Origin: an uncultured Micavibrio sp.
GTDB taxonomy: Bacteria; Pseudomonadota; Alphaproteobacteria; Micavibrionales; Micavibrionaceae
Reading direction: 5' to 3'
Length of the DNA: 61,064 nucleotides
Assembly (NCBI GenBank): GCA_964423095.1
Contig: CAYRDI010000006.1
Span: 1-61,064, forward strand
Shown: piece by piece, positions 54,583-61,064 of the stretch
Numbering within the stretch: position 1 is the first letter of the stretch
Layout of the letters: each line of letters begins with the position of its first letter
Made by a program: the position numbers and the translations under genes
The notes under the pieces: generated by a model
What the model was told of the DNA's origin: nothing
Databases searched by the model: none
Seen by the model: the letters and a program-made list of their open reading frames with translations, nothing else

Positions 54583-54682
54583 GGCGGGTGCAACAACGCG
54601 CAAGCGGATTTTTCGGGTGTGAAAGCATTTGCCCTCAAACCTTTCCTTGCCTATGGTTTCTACAGTTTTGTCAGGAGGTTGT

Positions 54683-55336
54683 ATGCCGCTTAAAACCTAT
54701 ATCCATTCCCCGGCCTCAGGCAATCCGCCAAAAAGCATGGTTGTTTTGCTTCATGGGCTGGGCGCGAACGGGGCGGATTTGATCGGTCTGGCGCGATATT
54801 GGGAGCAAGCGTTGCCCGATACGATTTTCATTTCCCCCGATGCGCCGTTCCCGTGTGATATGGCCCCTGTCGGGTTCCAATGGTTTTCCTTGCAGGACTG
54901 GTCGCCCGAATCCGTTCAAAAGGGTGTGGAGCAGGCGGCACCCATCCTGAATGAATTCATTCATACCATGCTGGAAAAATACGATGTGGCTGCGGACAGG
55001 CTCGTTCTCGGCGGCTTTTCACAAGGCACGATGATGAGCCTTTATGAAGGCCCGCGTTACCCCGAAAAGATTGCTGGTATCCTTGGTTATTCGGGCGCGC
55101 TGATCGGCGGGGAAGGGTTGTCCGGGGCGGGCGTTCACAAGGTTCCGGTACATTTGATCCATGGCGATGTCGATATGGTGGTGCCGTTGCAGATGTATAA
55201 GGACGCCAAGGCGATTCTCGAATCGAACGGTTTTTCCGTGACGGGCGGCATCACGCGGGGGCTTTCCCACGGTATCGACGAAGACGGGATTGAATCCGGC
55301 GCGGCATTTTTGCAAACCGTGCTGGGCACCATATAA
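54683..55336 (+). CDS. Phospholipase/carboxylesterase-family alpha/beta hydrolase
   Basis: I start at MPLKTY, after CAGGAGG. VVLLHGLGANG, the nucleophile elbow GFSQG, and HG..D near the C-terminus. Confidence 0.84.
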   Translation: MPLKTYIHSPASGNPPKSMVVLLHGLGANGADLIGLARYWEQALPDTIFISPDAPFPCDMAPVGFQWFSLQDWSPESVQKGVEQAAPILNEFIHTMLEKYDVAADRLVLGGFSQGTMMSLYEGPRYPEKIAGILGYSGALIGGEGLSGAGVHKVPVHLIHGDVDMVVPLQMYKDAKAILESNGFSVTGGITRGLSHGIDEDGIESGAAFLQTVLGTI

Positions 55337-55620
55337 TTCGCATTTTTCATTGATTTTAAATGACTTCTGTCAATTTGCTGCACTGTTACTAAAGCAGCCG
55401 CACAAATCAAAGCCGCTTTGTAACATCCTGTAATGTTTCGGTGAATGAATGTTTTGCGGGGGTGCAATCGCATTGCACCATTTTGCCGTCGAGAACAGTT
55501 GGTAACAGCCGAGTTTTCCTATACAATTTAAGTATCAATGTTGCGCGAGGCCTTCATATTTTACCCTCCCGCCTGAAGGCCTCCCCCGGGAGCCGCTCGG
55601 GCTATGACAAAGGAGAAGAT

Positions 55621-56214
55621 ATGGAAGCGACGCGAAGTTTGGAACAATGTCCGGCCCTGGTGCTGAACGCGGATTTTAGGCCCTTGAGCTACTTTCCGTT
55701 ATCGGTCTGGCCATGGCAAGAAGCTGTAAAAGCCATGTTCCGTGAGAGTGTGACCGTTTTGTCCGAATATGACCGTGTGGTCCGCTCCCCATCCTTCGAG
55801 TTTAAACTTCCCAGTGTTTTGGTATTGAAAGAATATGTACCCGCGGCGCGAAAGCCCGCGTTTACGAGATTTAATGTTTTTCTGCGTGATGAATGGCATT
55901 GCCAGTATTGCGGGGAGGGGCACAAGACGAACGATTTGACGTTCGATCATGTCATCCCCAAATCACGCGGAGGCAGGACTTCCTGGACGAACATCGTCAC
56001 GGCCTGCCGGCCCTGTAACACCATGAAGGGACATAAGTTGCCCGGTGAATGCAGGATGTATCCGATCGAGGAGCCGGTGCAGCCGACGATATTCGAACTC
56101 CAGGATAAAGGACGGAAGTTCCCCCCGAACTTTCTGCACAAAAGCTGGGGTGACTTCTTGTACTGGGACAGCGAACTCGACTCAGAAGAAGGAGGAAGCG
56201 GTTCCGGTTTCTAA
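55621..56214 (+). CDS. HNH endonuclease
   Basis: I start at MEATRS, after AAAGGAG. CQYCG....LTFDHVIPKSRGG..SWTNIVTACRPCNTMK is a complete HNH/zinc-finger core. Confidence 0.84.
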   Translation: MEATRSLEQCPALVLNADFRPLSYFPLSVWPWQEAVKAMFRESVTVLSEYDRVVRSPSFEFKLPSVLVLKEYVPAARKPAFTRFNVFLRDEWHCQYCGEGHKTNDLTFDHVIPKSRGGRTSWTNIVTACRPCNTMKGHKLPGECRMYPIEEPVQPTIFELQDKGRKFPPNFLHKSWGDFLYWDSELDSEEGGSGSGF

Positions 56215-56256
56215 AGACGACCCAAAAATAACAACGTTGAACAAAGGAGGTTTGCT

Positions 56257-56607
56257 ATGTTTGGGAAGATACTTGATGTGACGCACCACAGAACGACTTG
56301 GGATGCCGTGGTATTCTATTTCCTGTCGTTGACGCTGATGGTCGGGATTTCGACGACGCTGGTTCATTTCCTCGGAATGGCCGGTGTGGTAGATGGTTCC
56401 GGTTCTTTCTTCGGTGGTGGCGGAATCTATTCCCTGATCGGAACGGTTATGACGCTGATGATCGGCGGTCTGATCCTTTCGGGACGGAATCTGACCAGTG
56501 ACCTGTTTTCGGTTCTGGTGGTGGGCGTTGGTGTTTACCTCGCCTATACGTCGAGCGTGATGATCGGCCTTGTACCGATTGCCGTTCTGACGACGCTGAA
56601 AAAATAA
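56257..56607 (+). CDS. Small polytopic membrane protein (hypothetical)
   Basis: 116 aa with three or four hydrophobic helices and a Gly-rich loop. AAAGGAGG SD. A terminator follows. Confidence 0.55.
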   Translation: MFGKILDVTHHRTTWDAVVFYFLSLTLMVGISTTLVHFLGMAGVVDGSGSFFGGGGIYSLIGTVMTLMIGGLILSGRNLTSDLFSVLVVGVGVYLAYTSSVMIGLVPIAVLTTLKK

Positions 56608-56639
56608 ATACCTAAGGACACTCGGATAAACCGATATAG

Positions 56640-56671
56640 CCGTGCGGGGTGTTTTCCCGCCCGGTTTTTTT
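56640..56671 (+). terminator. Rho-independent terminator
   Basis: CCGTGCGGG/CCCGCCCGG stem (one mismatch) followed by T7. Confidence 0.5.
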
Positions 56672-56758
56672 GCGTGTTCATGCCGGTTTTAACCAAATTT
56701 GCATTCCGGCTTTTATTTGTGAGACACTGAAATCAGAATTAGATGAAAGGACATGATC

Positions 56759-56884
56759 ATGGGCATTTTAGGAACGATATTTGAAGGTGCGGCCGTCGGC
56801 GCGCTGGTCAATGCCGGGATGGATCAAACCCCGCAAGGTCCCATTGAACGTGTTGTTAGTCATGTTTCCAAGTTAGGTATGTAA
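56759..56884 (+). CDS. Tiny hydrophobic peptide ORF (41-43 aa)
   Basis: Below the track cutoff. GAAAGG SD then ATGATCATG. Translates to M(IM)GILGTIFEGAAVGALVNAGMDQTPQGPIERVVSHVSKLGM. A perfect terminator follows immediately. Confidence 0.35.
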   Translation: MGILGTIFEGAAVGALVNAGMDQTPQGPIERVVSHVSKLGM

Positions 56885-56908
56885 CGGTTTTTCCTCCCTA
56901 TGGTTCTT

Positions 56909-56939
56909 ACGGGCGATTTTAGATCGCCCGTTTTTTTTT
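56909..56939 (+). terminator. Rho-independent terminator
   Basis: Perfect 9-bp stem ACGGGCGAT/ATCGCCCGT followed by T9. Confidence 0.7.
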
Positions 56940-57018
56940 GCAGAAAACCGCAGAAAACCTTGACTTATTGGCGTTCCAGCGTGTATTGCTTTGCGATAAT
57001 TCAACGCTGGAGCCCGCT

Positions 57019-57141
57019 ATGTTTAACGACCTGTTCAATTTTAAAAAGCAACGCACACCCAAAGAAGCGGTCGGCTTCTTTTTGTTTTACGCCATGTTAA
57101 TCATGGGAATTCAGGGTTTTGCTATGATGCTCGGTGCTTGA
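57019..57141 (+). pseudogene. Truncated N-terminal paralog of the 56257..56607 membrane protein
   Basis: The 40-aa product MFNDLFNFKKQRTPKEAVGFFLFYAMLIMGIQGFAMMLGA aligns by eye with MFGKILDVTHHRTTWDAVVFYFLSLTLMVGISTTLVHFLGMAG. It stops where it runs into the convergent dsbB 3' end. Confidence 0.3.
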
Positions 57142-57637
57142 GGGCGTAGAGCGCGGCCATCCCTAAAATCAGGCAAAACTGCACGTTATAATTTGCCATC
57201 GATAATCCGATGACCGGATCTGTCCAGGGAATCTCATCGCACCGGCCGACCGGATTGGCGACGATTTGTGCAAGGACATCGGTGATGTTTCCTTTCATCG
57301 GCGGTACGGTGCAGCCTTCGGAAAACGATGTCCACCAATGCCGTTCGACGCCAGTGTGAAAGAAGGCGAGGGCGGAATTTCCGAAAAAGGCGAGGGCGAT
57401 CAGGCCGAGTAGAACCCCGCCGCTTTTGGGGTGTTTGCGACCATAGGCAAGACCGATAAAGGACAAAAGGATAACCGCCACAAAAGGCGCACGTTGCATC
57501 AGGCAAAGCTCGCACGGGGAAAGGTCATAGCCGAATTGCGCCACCAGAGCCCCCGCCAGCGCGAGGGCCGAGAGCGCAGCGAAGACAAAAAAGGCCGGAC
57601 GGTCGTGGGAAAGGATATTTTTCACAAGTGATAACAT
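57122..57637 (-). CDS. dsbB: Disulfide bond formation protein DsbB family
   Basis: 171 aa, four TM. First periplasmic loop CELCLMQR (C..C..QR motif) and a second Cys pair further on. Confidence 0.78.
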   Translation of the reverse strand: MLSLVKNILSHDRPAFFVFAALSALALAGALVAQFGYDLSPCELCLMQRAPFVAVILLSFIGLAYGRKHPKSGGVLLGLIALAFFGNSALAFFHTGVERHWWTSFSEGCTVPPMKGNITDVLAQIVANPVGRCDEIPWTDPVIGLSMANYNVQFCLILGMAALYALKHRAS

Positions 57638-57748
57638 AGGGATAGATGATACGCCTTTTTGAGGTCAAGAAAAGGCCCCGCGCGAATTTCCCATGGATTT
57701 TTGCATTCCTATCGTGTAAGGAAACTCATCAACCACGAAATCCTGTTT

Positions 57749-57835
57749 GCGGGTGTGGTGAAATTGGTAGACGCGCCAGACTCAAAATCTGGTATCTTAA
57801 CAGATGTGTCGGTTCGAGTCCGACCACCCGCACCA
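57749..57835 (+). tRNA. tRNA-Leu (anticodon CAA)
   Basis: Acceptor stem GCGGGTG/CACCCGC plus ACCA. Anticodon stem CCAGA/TCTGG with loop CTCAAAA. Long variable arm and the T-arm GGTTCGAGTCC. 87 nt. Confidence 0.9.
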
Positions 57836-57959
57836 CAATCAAGAAATATTGAAAATCCGCCACAGTGTGATTGTTTTGTGACATTTCGCAAGGCCACGAA
57901 GGATTCCGGTTAATCCTTCGTAAAAATTTCATGGAACCCGCGAAAAAGGAGGAAATTCC

Positions 57960-58454
57960 ATGGAACGTAAAATAAAAACGATCTTGATGGGTATTGGTCT
58001 TGTGATCGGTGCGGCGGCCGTTGCGCCCGCACCGGCGCAGGCCGGCGATTATTGCCGCGAATATACAAGAACGGTGTATATCGGCAACCGTGCGCAAGAC
58101 GCGTATGGAACGGCCTGTATGCAACCGGACGGCAGTTGGATGATTGTGGGCGAAGGGTTGGGAAATGACATTCCCGATTACGCAACAGACGTGGACTATG
58201 TCATCCATGACAACAGGCGGGAGATCGTGCCCACGCGTGTTGTTTATTACAACGCCCGCCCGACCTATCGATACAGGTCAAATCCTGTTTTCGTGTGGAA
58301 CCATAACGGGTTTTACAGGAACGGGATCTACATTTCCTATAACGACAACCATTACAGATACAAAAGACACAAGCATAGAGATTACGATCGTTATGATCGT
58401 GACGATGACTGGGACCATGACCGCGGCAATCATTACGGCCACAGGCATCATTAA
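57960..58454 (+). CDS. Secreted surface-antigen-like protein with His/Arg/Asp/Tyr-rich tail
   Basis: Signal peptide ending [34 protein letters not shown] resembles the 17-kDa surface antigen/COG4520 Cys-pair motif. The C-terminal 60 aa are low-complexity ([32 protein letters not shown]). Confidence 0.6.
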   Translation: MERKIKTILMGIGLVIGAAAVAPAPAQAGDYCREYTRTVYIGNRAQDAYGTACMQPDGSWMIVGEGLGNDIPDYATDVDYVIHDNRREIVPTRVVYYNARPTYRYRSNPVFVWNHNGFYRNGIYISYNDNHYRYKRHKHRDYDRYDRDDDWDHDRGNHYGHRHH

Positions 58455-58506
58455 AGGTTAAGTACGAGACGTATTTCTGTTCCCTTTGATCTCCTGATGA
58501 AAGAAA

Positions 58507-58531
58507 CCCCCTCCGGCAAAACCGGAGGGGG
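58507..58531. terminator. Bidirectional terminator between surface-antigen-like gene and amt
   Basis: Perfect 10-bp stem CCCCCTCCGG/CCGGAGGGGG with a 5-nt loop and T-rich flanks on both strands. Confidence 0.65.
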
Positions 58532-58556
58532 CGTTTCTTGCAGGAGGATCATTCTT

Positions 58557-59879
58557 TTAAACCGCCTTTTTCGTGGGTGCGGGGGATACGTTCGATGCCG
58601 TGCGTGTGCCAAGCGGCGGCCGTTTGACCACAAAGGCGCGTTCGCCGTGTTGCGTGACATCAAGCCCTGCATCTTCGTCCTGTTTGGACACGCGGACTTT
58701 CATGACTTTTCCAACGACGTAGAAAATGAAGGCCGTCATGGCGATGGTGTAGGACAATACCGCCAGCGCGCCGATGACATTGGCGTATAAAAGATGCGTG
58801 CCGCCATAAAGCAAGCCATCCGCCCCGGCGGGGTTGATGGAGGTTGTGGCAAACACCGCCGTCAGGATGGTGCCGACCGTTCCGCCGATGCCGTGACAGG
58901 CGAACACATCCACCGTGTCATCGGTCTTCAGTTTTTGTTTGACGATCCGACATGCGTAGTTACAGGCCAGTGCGGCGATGGCACCGATGGCCAGCGAGGC
59001 CTGCATGGTGACAAATCCGGCGGCGGGTGTGATGGCGACCAGTCCCGCCACCGCGCCGACCATCGCGCCGACCGCGGTGGGTTTTCCGTTCAGAATCCAG
59101 TCCATGCACATCCACACCGTCATCGCCGTGGCGGCCGCGAACATGGTGGTGCCGGCGGCCTGTGCCGCAAGGCCGTTGGCGGCAAGGGCGGAACCTGCGT
59201 TAAACCCGAACCAGCCGAACCAGAGCAGTGTCCCGCCGAGCATAACGAGCAGCGCGGAAAAAGAGTTGTTGTCTTCTGGTTTGAAGCCGACACGGTTGCC
59301 GAGCATCAACGCGGCGATCAATGCGGCGTATCCCGATGTCATGTGGACGACCAGTCCGCCCGCAAAATCAAGCCCGCCCATTTTAAAAATCCACCCGCCA
59401 GGCCCCCAGACCCAGTGGGCGACAGGGACGTAGACGAGCAGGGACCACAGCGCCATGATGAACATCCACGCCTTGAACCGCACGCGTTCGGCCACCGCGC
59501 CGGTGATCAGTGCAGGCGTGATAATCGCAAAGGTGCATTGGAAAAACATGAACAGGACATGGGGGATGGTGGAACCATAGGCTTCATTCGGTTCCACACC
59601 GACACCGGCCAAAAATGCATGACCGAAACCGCCGATGAATCCGTAATCGGAATCAGAGCCTGTGAAAACGAGGCTATAACCGCATACCGCCCAGATCAGG
59701 GCGACAACGCCCATGGCGGCAAAGGATTGCAGTTTCGTGGAAATTACGGAACGGGCGGGCACCATCCCGCCGTAAAAGAAAGCGACCCCGGGGGTCATCA
59801 AAAGGACGAGGGCGGATGCCATCAGCATCCAGGCAATATCGGCACCAACCATAAGAAAACGCTCCATCGCAAGAATCAT
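58557..59879 (-). CDS. amt: Ammonium transporter
   Basis: 440 aa, 11-12 TM. Amt signature blocks (DFAGG.VVH..SG, FGWFGFN, HG.GG..G). No glnK is seen adjacent. Confidence 0.92.
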   Translation of the reverse strand: MILAMERFLMVGADIAWMLMASALVLLMTPGVAFFYGGMVPARSVISTKLQSFAAMGVVALIWAVCGYSLVFTGSDSDYGFIGGFGHAFLAGVGVEPNEAYGSTIPHVLFMFFQCTFAIITPALITGAVAERVRFKAWMFIMALWSLLVYVPVAHWVWGPGGWIFKMGGLDFAGGLVVHMTSGYAALIAALMLGNRVGFKPEDNNSFSALLVMLGGTLLWFGWFGFNAGSALAANGLAAQAAGTTMFAAATAMTVWMCMDWILNGKPTAVGAMVGAVAGLVAITPAAGFVTMQASLAIGAIAALACNYACRIVKQKLKTDDTVDVFACHGIGGTVGTILTAVFATTSINPAGADGLLYGGTHLLYANVIGALAVLSYTIAMTAFIFYVVGKVMKVRVSKQDEDAGLDVTQHGERAFVVKRPPLGTRTASNVSPAPTKKAV

Positions 59880-60007
59880 TCAGCTAGAACGTAATATAAT
59901 GGCAGATATGCAGAAAACGCAAAGGTTTTGTTGCGATGCAAGATATGAGGTGGGGATTGTATTGGCTTTTAAATAACCTGTTGTAATAAAACATATTTAA
60001 ATAAGGG

Positions 60008-60493
60008 TTGCGCCGGAAGCATGATTTTGTTGAATATGGGATTATGAATAGTAGAGGAGCTTTGTATTCTGTATGGGCGGATGGCAGTTATCGCGACAGC
60101 ACGGCAAAAGTCGGTGCGGGGTGGCTGATCCGTCATGACGGTTTTGAACGTGATGGGTTCAAAAGTATCGACAAATTAGACAGACTTGATCGTCCACGTG
60201 GTTCCGACATCGCGGAAATGTTTGCAGTCTCCTGCTCCTTGCGCGAAATACCGTCGGGTTCAACGGTTCATCTGCACATGGATTGCAAGAATATTTTAGA
60301 ATGGATCGTGCAGCGTCGTCTGGGAAGCAAAACGACGCCGACTCTTGGCCGGTTTTTCGAAGAGGTCATGCTTGGCACGGAAAAATTGGCACATCTGGAT
60401 GTATCGTTTCATAACGGGCGAAACAATGCGGGCATAAACCGCGTCCACATATTATCCCGCCGCGCATCAAGCCCACAAAGTCCGCGTCTATAA
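60008..60493 (+). CDS. RNase H-like (RVT_3-type) domain protein, tentative
   Basis: The order VWADGSY...GAGWLI, DIAEMFAV, LHMDCKNI and HILSRRA resembles the D-E-D-(H/D) layout of RNase HI-like domains. It is weak and recognised by eye only. The likely start is the ATG at 60044. The region looks AT-richer. Confidence 0.4.
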   Translation: MRRKHDFVEYGIMNSRGALYSVWADGSYRDSTAKVGAGWLIRHDGFERDGFKSIDKLDRLDRPRGSDIAEMFAVSCSLREIPSGSTVHLHMDCKNILEWIVQRRLGSKTTPTLGRFFEEVMLGTEKLAHLDVSFHNGRNNAGINRVHILSRRASSPQSPRL

Positions 60494-60540
60494 CGCTAAA
60501 TAACTTTGCTGTGACCTTGAGGTTTTTTTGCAGAGGATCG

Positions 60541-61064
60541 CTATCTTTCGGCGGCCGCTTCTATATTGGTGAACCCCTGGTCCATGGTTTTTTTCATCAT
60601 TTTATCGCAGTTCATGATCGTCCCCATCAGCTTGCCCATGAAATTGGTACGGCCATAATTAGACCATGTGATCTTCGTCTGACCCGCACCTTGCGGTTCC
60701 AGCGTGAAGGAGGCGTCCTGTTCGCCGCTGAGAGGTTTGATGAAGACAAGGTGCATAACGACTTTTTGGTCTGGTACGCTCTGCGTAATCGTCATCTTGC
60801 CTTTGCCAACTTTGGCATTGCCATCCCACGCCATAGAGGCACCCACGCCGGCATCCGGCCCGTTGAAGTTCGTTTTGGCGTTCGGGTCCATTTCTGCCCA
60901 AGGCGACCATCGATCCCATTGGCCAAGATTGTTTATCAAGGGAAAAATAGCGGATGGCGCAGCGTTTATGGTTGCGGTGCGCTCGTAGAGAAAGTCATCC
61001 GGTTTTTGTGAGGCAACAAACAATATTGACCCGATAGCGAGGATGATCAGAGTAAGGATAATGG
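60541..61064 (-). CDS. SRPBCC (START/polyketide-cyclase-like) family protein with N-terminal TM, 5' end outside window
   Basis: The frame stays open to the window edge (…IILTLIILAIGSILFVASQKPDDF). The F.L.N....W..WSPW motif and overall pattern are typical of SRPBCC proteins. Confidence 0.68.
   Translation of the reverse strand, partial: IILTLIILAIGSILFVASQKPDDFLYERTATINAAPSAIFPLINNLGQWDRWSPWAEMDPNAKTNFNGPDAGVGASMAWDGNAKVGKGKMTITQSVPDQKVVMHLVFIKPLSGEQDASFTLEPQGAGQTKITWSNYGRTNFMGKLMGTIMNCDKMMKKTMDQGFTNIEAAAER

Noticed and set aside
58794-59894. 366-aa plus-strand ORF opposite the ammonium transporter
   Set aside because: It is an antisense shadow. The Amt signature blocks are on the minus strand.
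57749-60540. Possible genomic island integrated at tRNA-Leu
   Set aside because: I found no integrase and no repeat of the tRNA 3' end. The genes in between (amt, surface antigen-like) look native.
1-61064. Search for CRISPR arrays, IS elements/transposases, rRNA, long tandem or interspersed repeats
   Set aside because: Reading both strands by eye, I found none. Only short hairpins and terminators were seen. A computational repeat search could still reveal dispersed short repeats that I missed.

Overview
This 61 kb window looks like core chromosome of a flagellated alphaproteobacterium. Evidence for that call: an alphaproteobacterial SOS box (GTTC-N7-GTTC) ahead of recA, two perfect CtrA boxes (TTAA-N7-TTAAC), a CckA-like hybrid kinase, DUF1013/DUF1192/DUF465 small genes, and a fused cytochrome b-c1.

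Layout:
- 1-18.5 kb: a flagellar/chemotaxis supercluster. It holds flgH-flgA-flgG-flgF, divergent fliL-fliM-unknown-MotE-like, cheY-cheZ, a 1112-aa secreted TPR protein, fliP-fliO with a stand-alone FlhB C-terminal paralog, and flgB-flgC-fliE-fliQ-[DUF486]-fliR-flhB.
- 18.5-21 kb: the CckA-like kinase.
- 21.0-23.6 kb: a visibly AT-richer two-gene islet, an orphan CobT-like vWA protein and a NUDIX hydrolase.
- 23.6-61 kb: mostly housekeeping genes. These include an ABC exporter, recA, smpB, dapA, a lytic transglycosylase, CCA-adding enzyme, hemF, trmL, petA plus fused cyt b/c1, a Na/Pi transporter, an ALDH, gloB, methyltransferases, comF, a UbiH-family hydroxylase, grxC, a nitrilase-family protein, DUF853, an FTR1 permease, an esterase, an HNH endonuclease, dsbB, tRNA-Leu(CAA) and amt.

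I saw no rRNA, CRISPR array, transposase, integrase or long tandem repeat.

I did not find a clear multi-gene novel system. The best candidates for follow-up are:
1. the AT-rich CobT-like/NUDIX islet;
2. non-flagellar genes translationally wired into flagellar operons (the TPR giant, DUF486 between fliQ and fliR, a GGCT-like enzyme after fliP);
3. an 835-aa methyltransferase fusion with two degenerate Nudix-like repeats;
4. a cyt b/c1 fusion carrying a roughly 95-aa, two-helix insertion;
5. a Fur-box/FTR1/LpxR-like operon;
6. a cluster of tiny hydrophobic ORFs.

All family calls come from motif recognition by eye. No searches or numeric GC calculations were run, and many start codons are uncertain by tens of nucleotides.
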